A DNA stretch of 64,000 nt from Eledone cirrhosa (taxonomy: Eukaryota), in assembly GCA_964016885.1 (NCBI GenBank), contig OZ024743.1, forward strand, positions 224,564,001 through 224,628,000, given 5' to 3'. The notes under the pieces were generated by a model, which saw nothing but the letters and a program-made list of their open reading frames with translations, was not told the DNA's origin and ran no database searches. Positions within the stretch are counted from its first letter, which is position 1, and every line of letters begins with the position of its first letter. Made by a program: the position numbers and the translations under genes. This document shows, in pieces, positions 13,896 to 30,898 of this stretch.

Positions 13896-14026
13896 AAGAA
13901 AAAAAGGATGAAATCGAAAATGCAACTGGAGTCTTATTTTAAAATATATATATATATTTATTTGGTTCCTTTACCGGTTTCGCAGTTCTTCTGTTTTTCA
14001 AAAGTAGAGTTGAGATGGAGGGTCTG

Positions 14027-14119
<93 letters not shown>

Positions 14120-14248
14120 TATATATTATATATACGCATGTATATATGTATATACGCATGTATATATATGTATATATATATATGTATATATGTATATATA
14201 TATATTATATATATATGTATGTATATATATATTATATATATGTATGTA

Positions 14249-14286
<38 letters not shown>

Positions 14287-14637
14287 TATAAACAGAGAGA
14301 GGGGGGTAGGCAATTATGAAGTTTACCAGTTTATCCTGACCGTTAGATTGACTATAAATGTGCCAAAGAGATAGGGTGGGGTGGATGTATGTCATATATT
14401 GAGAAATGCTGTGTCAGTCAAGTGCCTACGTGGTTTATGAGGGGGTTGTGTTTAAAGACATTAGTTTTGTCTGGAAGATTCTAGAATAGACAACCACACC
14501 CGATCTACTCATTGACCGACTATTTAGAAGTTTTAAGGCAGTCGTGATTCCACCTGCAGAAGGCCGCTGAATTTGTGCCAATTATATTGGCGGGATAACG
14601 GAATGTAAAATTAAATTTTCATTCATTCCATATACTT

Positions 14638-14674
<37 letters not shown>

Positions 14675-14769
14675 CGTGCGCGAGTGTGTGTGTGTGTATA
14701 TATATATACACACACACACATATATATATATATATTATGTATACATATATATATTTTTTTATATATATA

Positions 14770-14804
14770 TACAGGGTGTCCCAAAAAATATATACGCCCA
14801 CACC

Positions 14805-14858
<54 letters not shown>

Positions 14859-15067
14859 GGTCTGGGTGTATATATTTTGGGGACATCCTGTATATATATA
14901 TATATATATACAGGGTGTCCCAAAAAATATATACACCCACACCTTGTATATATATATATATATATATATATACTAGGTGTCCAAAAATGTATACACATGT
15001 CAACAACATTCTAATAAATATTGCCTGTATAGGTAATCATATTGTGTATACATTTTGGGGGACACCC

Positions 15068-15071
<4 letters not shown>
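14770..15071. mobile_element. Cluster of tiny Tc1/mariner-like TIR elements in (TA)n
   Basis: TA|CAGGGTGTCCCAAAA-type ends at 14770-14810, 14854-14892 (inverted) and 14909-14949, plus a 100-bp MITE at 14971-15071 with ~27-bp TIRs and TA flanks. Confidence 0.65.
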
Positions 15072-15100
<29 letters not shown>

Positions 15101-15176
15101 TTATATATAACAAAATTTAATGTAGAAATAGCTTCTACAGGATTTAAATTGTTTCATTCTTATGAAATCAGGAATA

Positions 15177-15243
<67 letters not shown>

Positions 15244-15343
15244 GTTATTCCGGGTTGAATCGGAGGTAACCACAGTATATATATATATATGTGTGTGTGT
15301 GCATTGTATATATATATATGTATTATACATAGATATATATATG

Positions 15344-15415
<72 letters not shown>

Positions 15416-15421
15416 TCACAC

Positions 15422-15486
<65 letters not shown>

Positions 15487-15511
15487 CATTGTATATATAT
15501 ATATATGTATT

Positions 15512-15574
<63 letters not shown>

Positions 15575-15689
15575 TATATCCTGACTTAATTACCTACTAC
15601 TGCTAATATAAATGCATTCTTCTTACACATGTGGGGGCACACAAACATACTCAGTGTTATATAAACAACCGTTAGACGCATCGCAGCCA

Positions 15690-15696
15690 CTATCAT

Positions 15697-15730
<34 letters not shown>

Positions 15731-16235
15731 ACATACATACATACATAGATACATACATAATACATGCACACATACATACATACATACATACACACATACA
15801 TACATACATATATACATAGATACATACATACATACATACATACATACATGCACACATACATACATACATCCACACACACATACATACATACATACATACA
15901 CACATACATACACACATACACACACATACATACATACATACATACATACATACATAGATACATACACACATACATACATACATACATACACACATACATA
16001 CATACATATATACATAGATACATACATACATGCACACACACATACATACATCCACACACACACACATACATACATACACACATACATACACACACATACA
16101 TACATACATACATACATACACACATAACATCGCGAACAACGCGCTCTTACATACACACATACACAAATGCACATTCACACATTCACACACAACACACACA
16201 GCCACTCCCACTAAGCACCACGTTCACACATCACA

Positions 16236-16293
<58 letters not shown>

Positions 16294-16960
16294 AACACAC
16301 CCATACATATACTAATACACCCATATACACACACATACACACACATATATACACAGACACACATATACACAAGCACACATATATACACTAACACCCCCAT
16401 ATATATATACACACATATATACACAAACGCACATATATACATTAACACGTCCATACACACACACATACACTAACACCCCCACGCACGTATATGCATAAAC
16501 ACATACATATACATACACAAACTCATATCCACACACATATATATACACAAACACACACATATATATATGCACAAACACACACACATACACAGACATATAT
16601 ACACAAACATACACATACACACACATACACAGACATATATATACACAAACACGCACATACATACACAGACATATATACACAAATACACACATACATACAC
16701 AGACATATATACACAAACATACACACACATACACAGACATATATATACACAAACACGCACATACATACACAGACATATATACACAAATACACACATACAT
16801 ACACAGACATATATACACAAACATACACACACATACACAAACATATACTTAAACACACCCATATACACAAACACACGTATACACACACACACATGTACAA
16901 ACGCACACATTCATACACATACACATATACACAAACACATACATACACATACATTCACAT
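15690..16960. repeat. Compound (CATA)n/(CA)n degenerate microsatellite
   Basis: Visible low-complexity tract with higher-order duplications. Confidence 0.9.
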
Positions 16961-17366
16961 AATCACATGTCAACACAAACAACTACAACTCTTCAAATTA
17001 CTTTCGCTTGTTTATTTTATTCTTTATTTTTTTTCCCTTTAAAAGAGACAGTTCCTCCACGCCCCCTCCCTTATTCAAACCATTCCCACACTCCTCCGCC
17101 TCCATGCCCCCCCTCCCTTTCTCATTCGAATCATTCCCACATTCCCCCGCCTCCATGCCCCCTCCCTTTCTCATTCGAATCATTCCCACACTCTCCCGCC
17201 CGCCATATTTTTCCCCACCATCCTCACCACCATATATTTCCCCACTGTTTCTCTATATAGCTTTCTCTCTAACCCTCCCTCCCTATATTCTCTTATTTCT
17301 ATTTGTCTTTCTATTTCTCCTTCAATTTATGCTTCATGCCAATTTACCTATTCCTTTCCTTTCTTG

Positions 17367-18205
<839 letters not shown>

Positions 18206-19426
18206 GTCACCTCTTCTCTCCCCACCTCATCCATTCCTATCGACGCAGGCGCAACTTCCATTGCCACACGACAGCTATGAAAAACTCTTTCTTCTTGCAA
18301 ATTGCATGTTACGTTCCTGTGTCTACCAGATTATTAATTTATCCACCAAGTTTCAATGGAAAGTATGGATTACCTGCCAGGGAGCGACCTATCCATTGTA
18401 TGGCTTTACCTTTCCTGTCTAACATTGGTTCTTGTCATAATACTTCATTACACCATTGTATCTCTCCAGGTAAGCTTGCTCCCTTTCCGACCCCACTTCG
18501 TTCATACACGTCTTGCTGCTTGCTTTCCGTCCGTCCTTTCCTTCCTTCTTCTTTCCTTCCTTCCCCCATTCATTGATTGATTCATTCAACTATACATTCA
18601 TTTATATCAATATAAACGTACATGCATATATTTTTGGAAACACCCAAATGCTCGGTCATATACAGGGCCGTATTACTTATGGCTGGGTAGACAGAAAGTT
18701 AGGGGCTCCGCAAAAATTAAGGTCCTGTCAATTTTATTTATTTGTTTATTTATTATTATTATTACTTCGCTTTTGCATCATGGTTTTCACCAGAGAGATG
18801 TAAACAAACTATCAAGTCTGGCGACCCCAGAGAGCCAATACCTTTCACAGGATATGGGTTGAGCCAAGAAAAGCTGATTTTTCCGGGCAGGAATTATCAA
18901 AACACAACCTGCTTGATATTGTTGTTTGGGACCACTCATTAACACGATGTCAATGTAGTAAGACAAATAAAAGAGAAGGACCATTGATGAGGAGTTTGCA
19001 GATTCAGTATCTAAGATACACGTTCAGCTTCATGCCCGTTATTATTAGAGCTACAGTTTATATACCAACCAGCCTAAACCAAAATATAACTGAGCTTGGA
19101 TTTGTGGAGAAAAGAAGTAGCTCCATAATCCATAAGCTACAAATGACCGCGATATCTGGAACCTTCAAAATTTGTAAAACATTCTTACGTTTCAACGACG
19201 AAGTTTTCTTTTCTTTTGCCACCGAGAAGGTGACTGGTCAAAAATAAACTGAAAATTACGAGAAAAAAAACTTCATCCATCCATACATACATATCAAGTG
19301 CATTGTTGTGAGTAAATACTCAGTTTAGGTTGTGGCATTGATAATGTAGATTATCAACGAAAGGACCCATTGAGAATTTATATGAAAATATTTTGACGAT
19401 TAAAAAGATTTACTTGCACACAGAAT

Positions 19427-19506
<80 letters not shown>

Positions 19507-19509
19507 TAT

Positions 19510-19588
<79 letters not shown>

Positions 19589-19979
19589 TCCATGTGTATG
19601 AGTGGGTGCATTTATGTGAGTGTTGATGTATATATGTGTTTTCTTGCAAAAATGCAAAAGCTCAATGCCCACTTTGTGTTAAAGGTATGTAAAAATTAGT
19701 AGCGTGCGTTGGTAAACTGCAATATTTCCTCATACCTAAAGGTGTTTTAGATGTGTAGTGTAGTACAGAAGACAGATGTAAAATTTATTGTATATTTAGG
19801 AATGAGGAAATATTGCAGTCAACCATCTTACAATTACGTGAGACGGTTGACTCTTCATATTTATGGACATGCAAATATATTATTATTTGGCCGATGGCAA
19901 CTTCTTTTTCCGTCTTTAAGGGTCTTCGCTCTATTTTAGAAGCTAATTATTAGCATCTCTGCGCATAAGCACACCATTC

Positions 19980-21200
19980 ATTATTATCATTATTATTATT
20001 TGAAACTTCCTTTGAATTCTGTTTCTTTCCCATATCATTCCGAGTATCAACCTGACACCTGAGGCAAAATTTGGTAATAAACACATTTTACATTCAATTG
20101 TCATACAAATTATGCCATAAGAGTATAGACAACAGTAAATGTCTTTGCAAGGTATTTGAATTGATAATACCCTTCTTGTAACATAGTGACAGTCAGCACT
20201 ATTTTCTGTATCTCTTGCATAGAAGGCTTTCCAGTTATACTTTCCAAGAATTTTTCAGTTCCCTTTTTTTATCATTCCAAGAGCACCGACAATAACTGGT
20301 ATTGTACAGGCTTTAAGATGCCACATTTTCTCAATTTCAATTGTCAGATCTTTATATTTATATTGAAAGAGTTTTTATGATCCTACACAATTATATCAGG
20401 TCTGTTGGCATTGATTTTTCATAAGGAAATCCCATAAGATTGTCATATTCTCGCCTCCTGTTACTGCATCTGGGTGATGGTTGTACCATTTTCCCTCTGC
20501 TTTTATTGGCAGTATCGGTAGAGGGTTGGACGCCATGCTTTCTAGCATAGTTACGTCCCTTTACATTCTGAGTTCAAATCCCGCCGAGGTTAACTTTGCC
20601 TTTCATCCTTACGGGGTCGATAAAATAAAGTACCAGTAATGTACTGGGTAATTGCTGGCCTTGTGCCTAAAGTAGAAACAATTATCTAGTGTAAATATTG
20701 CCCTACTCTTTCATGGGGAGCTAATACATTGCAGCCTGGAATCAGGTGGTCAATAGTCTCAACATATTCATAGCAGAATCGACACTTTGGATCAGTTCCA
20801 TTTCTGATCACATTGGCTTGAAAGTTGCGCATTGGAAGACACTGGTCTTGTACAGCTAAAATGACGCCCTCACTCTTTACTTTTAACCCAGAGTTTGATC
20901 TACATCAGGTTCTTTGCTTAGGAGAACATACTGCCCATGCAATGGTGTTTGCTCTCATTTAGTGCACAGTTTCCGTTGACCTTCATATTTTACCAAAAGT
21001 TTGATGTTCTTTGCAGATTTAATTGCAGAATCGTCATTACTTTCAAAATGTATTCCCAATTCTTCCGCAAACTTCATACTTTCCTTTGTGGTTGAATGTG
21101 ACCTCGTCTTCCTTTCGTGATCTGCAAACATTTTCAGCCTCCAATCATATGTAGTTTTGATATTTTGCATGACAGCTGGACCATTCTTTTATCCATGTCA
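19980..21200 (-). pseudogene. Decayed R4/Dong-type RLE non-LTR retrotransposon, 3' part, interrupted by a SINE
   Basis: Manual minus-strand translation gives SGLKVKSEGVILAVQDQCLPMRNF...PKCRFCYEYVETIDHLIPGC (CCHC), then WYNHHP..ILWDF..NRPDIIV and EIEKMWHLK..IPVIVGALG (RLE nuclease). (TAA)n-like tail at 19980-20001; SINE1 inserted at 20505-20685. Confidence 0.8.
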
Positions 21201-21581
21201 AAAGTTTCCTGATTTTGGTGTATATTATTTGAATTTCATTAACGTTCCAATTTATTTGTGTGTGTTTGTGTAGATTTATATTTAAATTTAAGGACCCCGT
21301 CGGTCACTAATGACCATGCTTTTGCACCTAGTCGCTTCCCTTCGAGACATAAGACCGGGCAAGGTTTGTGGAAGACCAGCAGTCGCTCATGCATACCAGT
21401 CTCCTCTCTCCACGCCACCGATGTTGTCCAAGAGATAGACAATGGCTGATACAGCTCGGCACCAGTGACGTCGCAACTCATTTCTATGTGAAATAAAGTG
21501 TCTTACTCAAGGACACAACGCATCACCCAGTCCGAGAATCTCAATTGCAAGCCCAACGCTCCAACCACTAAGTCATGCGCC

Positions 21582-21651
<70 letters not shown>

Positions 21652-21861
21652 GGACCTGTTATTTTTATCTAAAGACATTTTTTTCCAATTTCAACCCACC
21701 CGTCCCCTCAATCTATCTTATTTCTCATTCTTTCTTCTGATGAAGAACTAGCGTCCGAAAACTTAAGACCCTCTTCCTACTATATCAAGCGTTAACTTAA
21801 TATATCCCTTCCATATACTGTACCGATTGTGTTGTTATTTTTGTTTACCTTTTACATACAT

Positions 21862-22055
21862 ACATACATGGTGGCTGCCAACTCGTTTTCGAGTACGGCC
21901 ACTACTTTATATCCATGTAGGAGAACCCGTACCGATGGGCTGAACGAGTGACTTTTTAGTCCAGCCAGCGACTTGAAAACTCTGGTACAAACACTACACT
22001 TGTGACAATTATTGACACATAGTGCTGGGCCCTTGGTACCCTGTGATGACAAGTG
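21862..22055 (-). pseudogene. 3' end fragment of an RTE-like LINE (C2H2 finger)
   Basis: CSVCTRVFKSLAGLKSH, followed by a short 3' UTR and a (TATG)n tail. Confidence 0.5.
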
Positions 22056-22269
22056 CAGAGAGAACTCCAGATATAAAGCAATGCCTGTGCTGTGAAACTT
22101 TTATAGTGAGCAAAGGCACTGCACAAAGCCAGTCCCACTCTCTTAGCCAATATGATATTTACCAAAAAGAAGAACAAGTCAACATCATTGGATACCATCA
22201 GGGTTGCAGGTGTTATATCAGAGTTTTCCTTCTCCTAGAATTCTGCCTTGACAAAGGCTAAGGGGTATG

Positions 22270-22324
<55 letters not shown>

Positions 22325-22869
22325 TTTATTGGTATTTTATATTCTTACTTGACATGAAATGTCTCTAAAAATTATAACAAGTGAAAAAAGCACAAAGGAA
22401 GGCTATGGCCAAAGGCACGTGTAACTTTACGGTACAGGTGTAATTCCCCTTTGACGGTTCACTCTCAACACGTGGGTTTCACATCCGGCCTGTGGTTTTT
22501 CAGACGGTCGCGTGTTAGGACGTATGTTAAGGTTGAAAAATGCGAGGCAATTGAATCAATATATTAGCCATTGATCAATATCAATATATTTTAGTTTTAT
22601 AGTTTTAGATCAATATATTAGCCATTGACTAAATTATACATTGTATTGATGATAATTGTTTTCTACTTTTGGCACAAGGCCAGCAATTAACCAGTGTATT
22701 ACTGGTACTTTATTTTATCGACCCCATAAGTATGACAGGCAAAGTTAACCTCGTCGGGATTTGAACTCAGAATGGCAAGGGCCGTAACTCTATGAGTCAA
22801 AGCATGGCGTCCGACCCTCTACCGATACTGCCAATCCACCGATGATAGTTAGTCATTTTTATATTTATA

Positions 22870-23057
22870 CTAGACCACCCGTAACCCGTTGGTCACGTTC
22901 ACTTCAAAATATCTTTTTTAAAATCATGTTCACTTAAAAATAGGTTTTAAATAATTACTATATACAGACATGTATGTAATGTGAAATGAAACTGGAAGGC
23001 CCATATATATATACGTGTGTGTATGTATATATATAAATGTGTGTGTGTGTGTGTACC

Positions 23058-23103
<46 letters not shown>

Positions 23104-23525
23104 CACATATTTATATGTGGGTGTCTGTGATTTATATACACTGGTCATATACACACACACACATATATATGTATGCACACACACACACTCACACACACAC
23201 ATATATATATATACACAACAACATCTCTCTTCCATTCTCCTTTTCTGTCCCTTCTCCCCCTCTCTCTCTGTCTCTCTTTCAATCTACTCTCTCCCAACCA
23301 GTATCTCTTTCTCTCTATCCCCCATTTCTCTGTTTATGAAGGTACCCGGAAAAAACCCCATATCTCGGGAACCCTTACTCTGATTTACGCGAAACTTGTT
23401 TTATTCTATTTGTATCCCCATTTCAGGGCCAACTTCCTATCAAAGTATTTTCCCATTATGCGCCCTTTTGACTGTATTACATTAAAGACAAGCCAGCAAA
23501 CAATCACAGAGTTTTAGTATATAGA
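22870..23525 (-). mobile_element. Non-autonomous Helitron
   Basis: Minus strand: A|TCTATATACTAAAACTC...CGGGTTACGGGTGGT CTAG|T, i.e. TC start, CTAG end, AT target site. Confidence 0.65.
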
Positions 23526-23594
23526 TAGGTAATGAATTGGATATTAGGAATTTTGGTCCAGGTTGGCACGACCCCTCTTGCCTATCCAGAGAAC

Positions 23595-23718
<124 letters not shown>

Positions 23719-23911
23719 CGTCTATGTGTATGAGTGGGTGCATTTATGTGAGTGTTGATGTATATATGTGTTTTCTTGCAAAAATGCAAAAGAAAATGAT
23801 CCAGTGAAAGCACAGGTGATACTCGAGAGTAACAAGACTCACTACTTAGCCATACTAAAGAATATTTAATTCTACTTCGGTATTGAGTGCTCCTTCTCAC
23901 ACCTGTCAATA

Positions 23912-24009
<98 letters not shown>

Positions 24010-24400
24010 GAGACCTCTGTTCAAAACGAAAGACATATTTAAAAGTAAAATATTCCACTTCGAACTCAACGAAAAACGCATAGGACCAATAAGTCTAAGT
24101 GGTAAATGTACAAGCCACCCGCTCAAAATGATATATAAACACATAGACATGTGTACCGCCAAAACGACTGCTTTCTTCCTTATACCATGCTGAACGTGTC
24201 TATTGAATAGTTGACATTACTGGCAAACACGCGTTTGGACCCATTTACCATAATATTTACTGCCATAAACTATCACATATTGAAAGATATCGTAAAGGTA
24301 ATCAAATAAGTAAATTGTTTCCTTATCGAATGCTTCTCATCTTTCAATACAAACATATATATTGACAGAGATGAATACGTTTGAAACAAAACGGCACAAT

Positions 24401-24682
24401 TGAGCCGGATTTAATGGCGGGAAACCCCCCCTTCAATGGAAGACCCCCCCACCAGCAACAGCTGTAGCAATTTATTTGTGTCCTCAGCTGGGATTTTTAG
24501 GTTTAGGGTGGTTAGAATTTTTTATTTAATACCTGCGTTTAACTTTTCAATTCCAATTACTTGTACCAAGGTAACTTTGTATGTAAAATTGGGGGGGGGG
24601 GGGGGGGTTCTGTGTATTCTAATTTCTTTGTGTTCTAATTTCTGAAGTTCCCCGGGCCCCCCAAAGTCTAAGTCCAACCATT
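24401..24682 (+). mobile_element. hAT-type MITE (family H1)
   Basis: Degenerate GCCGGATTTA / TAAGTCCAAC TIRs; 8-bp TSD GGCACAAT/GGCACAAC; internal homology to the copies at 48317 and 56476. Confidence 0.75.
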
Positions 24683-25460
24683 GGCACAACAGTAACTTTG
24701 CTAAACACGATATTTTTTCCGAAGCAGGTTAGCTTTAAGTATCAGTGTTTTTAGATGAAACAGCTGGTGATGTATTTGAAAGTATTTTAATACATATTTT
24801 CGAATGTTATCCAACTCAGTATAACGATTTCCGATTTCCGATTATCTTTAATTCACTGCTCACATTCAATAATAACAGTATTTATAATATTTATAGAAGT
24901 ATTTTGTAATAAAACGATTTACATTCTCGATTATGTCATCGATATCATCATCTCATAGTTAATATTGAAGTTAATAAACCCTCTCGATGCGCGACCGCTT
25001 ATTGCACTGTATGGCTTAATAGTAGATATATAAAGATCGACTAAAAATAATGATGCTGTATTTACAATTACATCATAATTTCAATATTTATAAAACATTG
25101 ATAGATTTATAAGTAATTAACATTATTCCAGAAGTTCGTTTACCACAATATTAGGTTTGTACATGTCTGGCAAAAGACTTGCAACGAGACTCTCTGTTGA
25201 AACTAAAGCATTGCCCCCCCCTCTCTCTCTCTCCCTCTCCCTCTCTCTCTCTCTCTATCCTCTTCTCTCGTTTGACAACATTCTATGCCATATAAGTGTA
25301 ATAATGTATAAAAGCAATTAGCTCATTATTATAAGTAGAATGTAAAATTATATTTGGATGAAACAAAACACCTATTGTTTCACGCCATACTCTCTCTCTC
25401 TCTCTCTCCATCTCTCTCTCTCTCTCTCTCTCTATCTCCATCTCTCTTTCTCTCCCTCCC

Positions 25461-25545
<85 letters not shown>

Positions 25546-25911
25546 TGTGTGTATACACATTTTATGCTATATATGTACGCGTGGGTGTGTGTATACACAT
25601 TTTATGCTATATATGTATATATTATATACACATATATATTTATCTGTTTACCCATATATGACCTACACCTCTCCAGAATGGCTGAAGAAACAACACAGGG
25701 GAACGATACAGTACAATGAAGATATATATATTAGTTTAACACTTGACACAGTAGGAAAAGAATCTTAACGTTTGGGACGTTAGTCCTTCATCAGAACATA
25801 GAATGATAAATAAATGAAAAATAGAGAGATAGACGAGAATGAGAAAAGGAAGAAACAAGAGAAACATGTATTGGGAGAGAAAGCACATATGTTTATTTAG
25901 CCATTTGGATG

Positions 25912-25953
<42 letters not shown>

Positions 25954-26887
25954 ACACATTCCAATAACCGGCCAGATTTCTTATAGAAGAGACCAGAAAC
26001 CTCATATATTTCCAGTTTATCACTGACTCCACCATCTTTATGTATGTGCATAATCCCACGTGGTTCCATCCACAATCTCCAACCGCTGGCTGCATATATG
26101 AGGTTGTCTTAATAGTGTAAAGTATAAAATAAGACACCCGAAGAAATACAGAAATAAAAATACTATTCAGATTAAGAAGGCTGAAGGCCATTCATTGTAA
26201 AGGAAAGAAATAGGTGAAAATTGAAATTTAACTTTTGTTTTTATATATTAGTAAAGATATTTCCCAACATCTTGGAGCCTCAGTGATAAGATTCGAAACT
26301 AAATTTTTGTATCAACTTTTTTTCAATTTACGCTATACACTGAGAAATAAAGGCAGAATAACTACAAGGAATAATGAAGGCAATATTCATTGTCTATACC
26401 TAATAATGATTTTTACTATAGGCACAAGGCCAGTAATTTGTGGGGAGGGGAAAGTCGATTGAATCGGCGCCAGTACGTTACTGGTACTTTATTTTATTGA
26501 CCCCGTAAGGATGAAAGGCAAAGTTAACCTCGGCGGGATTTGAACTCACTGTAGGTGAATATTTGCTCTGTCTATATTTCTCCAAAGTACAGAGTAATTT
26601 GAATATACATATCTACATACACGCATGCATGCATGCATACATACATACATACATACATACATACATACATACATACATACATACATACATACATACATAC
26701 AAAATGCATACATACATTACATAAACACATATAAAAGTCCCCTTTTTTACCATGCCGATATATTTTTAATTGTATGTGTGCTAGCTAGCGTGAACGTAAT
26801 TTTGTAAGGCTAAATCCTCTTTCCATAATATTTTGTGTGCATGTGTATGTGATGAGTTTAATTGTTTTTGTGCGTACTGCAGACACA

Positions 26888-26946
<59 letters not shown>

Positions 26947-26947
<1 letters not shown>

Positions 26948-27777
26948 AATATGGGAAGAAGAATACTGCATGGTTGCACATGGATAACATGTTATAAAAT
27001 GAGTCCCTCATCAGTGATTTGCCAACGATCATTGGTATTTCATCGCATTAAAAATCATATACCTCACGTTGGTGCGAAAATAACTAAAATAAGTTATTAG
27101 GACAATTGAAACGCGTAAAGCGAGTGAGACAAGTAAACAACACGGGGGAAAGCTAACCGAAGATGGAAAGAAACACAAGCAACATGGTTATTCTATCAGC
27201 ATAAGCTGTGTGAATATATGTGCGAGTTAGAAACAGACCTTCCGCTAGTGAATCCGATGTTAGAAAGAAGGAAAATCGTTTTCGTAGCGAACGGGAGGAA
27301 GTAAGAAGGGGAGAAACAGAGAGTGAGTGAGTGGAAGTGCGAGGAAGAGGTCAGTAGAGAGAAAGTGTTAACTGACATGACAGAGGGGACGAAAGAAAGT
27401 AAGAGAAACAGAGAGAACGAGGGAGCAGTAAGAGAGAAAGAGAGAAACACAGAATCGCAGTTTAGGTAAATATATAAAAAATTGGGGAGAAGAATACTGC
27501 ATGGTTGCACATGGTTAACATGTTATAAAATGAGTCCCTCATCAGTAATTTGCCAACGATCATTGGTATTTCATCGCATTAAAAATCATATACCTCACGT
27601 TGGTGCGAAAATAACTAAAATAAGTTATTAGGACAATTGAAACGCGTAAAGCGAGTGAGACAAGTAAACAACACAGGGGAAAGCTAACCGAATATGGAAA
27701 GAAACACAAGCAACATGGTTATTCTATCAGCATAAGCTGTGTGAATATATGTGCGAGTTAGAAACAGACCTTCCGCT
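26947..27777. repeat. Two ~300-bp direct repeats around a ~230-bp unique spacer
   Basis: 26947-27247 is nearly identical to 27478-27777; (TA)n on both sides; each copy has a minus-strand CTGATGA. Confidence 0.85.
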
Positions 27778-28166
27778 ATATATATATATGTTTCGCTATG
27801 TGGTCTAGCACGAAATGGTATATATGATATATTTTCAACTTGACCGCTTATTCCTAAGAAAAATTCACCTTCACATGAAGGAACTGAAATTCTTCCAATA
27901 TTGGTTAATCCAATACCTTGGAATTGCCGATGTTGTATCTTGAGCTCCAGAAACCATAGTTAGGGCACTAGATAAGTTAAAACCGACTTTCTTTTTAGCC
28001 GATTTGGCTTATATCCCACCAAAATAAAATTTTGGCTTAAGTTTAATGTATTTTGGCTTAAATTAATATACTTTAATACTTCTCTGCGTAGATAATTTAT
28101 TAATATATCTTATCCTTTCATTGAGATGTTTACGTATTAGAGACAGTTAACTTAACAGAGTTATAA

Positions 28167-28248
<82 letters not shown>

Positions 28249-28282
28249 TCAGGTTATCAATAATATATATATATATATATAT

Positions 28283-28482
28283 ATTTAATATAGAAATGGC
28301 TTCTACAGGACTAGAACTGTTTTATTCGGAGGAAATCACCAGGAAAGCTTTCCTGATGATTTCCTCCGAATGAAACAGTTCTAGTTCTGTAGAAGCCATT
28401 TCTATATTAAATGTTTATAACCTCCTATGTATTGAGTATCTTACTTACTGTGGTTATCTCCGATTGAACCCGGGATAAACAT
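28283..28482. mobile_element. Loopless palindromic pLTR with hammerhead (family F)
   Basis: Palindrome 28283-28412 centred on AAAGCTTT. Plus arm: TTC CTGATGA TTTC CTCC GAAT GAAA CAG..CTG TA GAA. Homologous pieces at 15119-15175 and 15244-15276 (minus). Confidence 0.75.
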
Positions 28483-29096
28483 ATATGTATATATGTGTGT
28501 GTGTGTGTGTGTGTTGTTTGTGTTGTTTGTGTTGTTTGTGTGTGTGTGTGTGTGTGCGTATGTGTGTATGTGTGTATGTGTGTGTTTGTGTGTGTGTCTG
28601 ATAGTCCAGAGAGACAAACTAATATATTGATAAACAAACTAACAATGTAGTTAAGAATGTGAAAAATGATCTCAGGTCATCTGACCATAAGAAAAACAAA
28701 CAAATATAAGAGCCATTGTCCTGCTGATGTATTCTAAAGTCTGTTATCTATCTGAACACAGTTTTTATTTGTGTGTATATGAGAACAAATGTAAATTTAT
28801 ATGTGTAAGAATGAGTACAGATGTATATCTATATGTGCATTCGTGAGCACAGATGTGAATCTATACATGTAATTATGAGTGCAGTTGTAAATATCTATGG
28901 GTAAATATGTGTTAATCTATATGTATATTTGTGAGTGCAGATATGAATCTATACGATTATGAGCGCATCTGTGAATCTAAATGGAATCCTTACAGTAAAT
29001 TCTTGAAATTTTCTTTACAGGATTTCACATTTGATAATAAAGAATACTCAAATGGTTTCATACTTATGTATCATTATGTTCATCGTCATCGTTGTC

Positions 29097-29151
<55 letters not shown>

Positions 29152-29544
29152 CTATCATCGTCGTCGTCATCATCACTACCACGCGTGATGCGTTGTGTCC
29201 TTGAGCAAGACACTTTATTTCCCGTTGCTCCAGTTTACTCAGCTATAGAAATGAGTTGCGATGTGTGACTAATGCCAAGCTGTATCGGCCATTGCCTTCC
29301 CCTTGGACAACATTGGTGGCGTGGAGAAGGGAGAACTGTATGCATGGGCTACTGCTGGTCTTTCACAAACAACTTTTCCCGGAGGAGAACTTTCTAGGTG
29401 CAAATCCCATTGTCATGCATGACCGAAGGGAGTCTTTTTTTAAAAGTATTAATAGTTACTTACAATCCCCGCCCAAACCTTCTTTTACATTCTCGCTTTC
29501 CATTTCTCTATTATTCTCTATTTCTAGATAGGATGAAGTAAATA

Positions 29545-29585
29545 CTCCTGATGAGCCGGTAGCAAGCGAAACCAATTAGTCTTCA
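29545..29585 (+). ncRNA. Degenerate hammerhead motif
   Basis: CTGATGA GC..GC GAAA CCAATTAG TC; stem I poor. Confidence 0.45.
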
Positions 29586-29605
29586 GTCTATTTTCCAGTG
29601 TGTGT

Positions 29606-29643
<38 letters not shown>

Positions 29644-29727
29644 GACCCTCTTCCTGCTATATAAAGCGTTTACCTAATATATCTCTGCCATATACTGTAC
29701 CGATTGTGTTGTTATTTCTGTTTACCT

Positions 29728-30133
<406 letters not shown>

Positions 30134-30319
30134 CAATATCGGAGAAAGCTTTTTAGCGATACTCCGGCCAAATTCCAACTCACTCAACAAACATTAGGAA
30201 ATAAGTGATTATATTCCCAATTATGTGTTCGGGGTGCTAACTAAAAGTATTGTGTGGAAAATTGGGTGTATTATTTCAAATGAGACATATCTAATATATC
30301 TCTTCCCATATATATATAT

Positions 30320-30454
<135 letters not shown>

Positions 30455-30898
30455 CAATGATATTAAATAAATGGAAACTATATTTATAAAACCATATTTA
30501 TTTTATTATACATATTTCAAGGGTACCAAAACACATTGGTACGCTTTCCTCAGATAAAATACAAAGTTTGTTTTATAAATAGAGACATACCCATGAAAAT
30601 CATACCTTATCGGTTGGATAGTCTCTGGATAGTCAGATAGACTATCCAACCGATAAGGTATGATTTTCCTGGGCATGTCTCTATTTATAAAACAAACTTT
30701 GTATTTTATCTGAGGAAAACGTACCAATGTGTCTTGGTACCCTTGAAATATATATAATAAAATAAATATTGTTTTATAAATATAGTTTCCATTTATTTAA
30801 TATCATTGAATACTTACTCCAGTTAACCGTTGAGTGCTCTAAATCAGTTATAAACATTTATATTTGTCGGACTTCTAACAAATTAAATACACCTTCTA

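Noticed and set aside
22455-22510. Minus-strand hammerhead (CTGAAAA..GAAA CCCACGTG TT)
   Set aside because: Core and stems too degenerate to call, although the TA-flanked context suggests a decayed pLTR.
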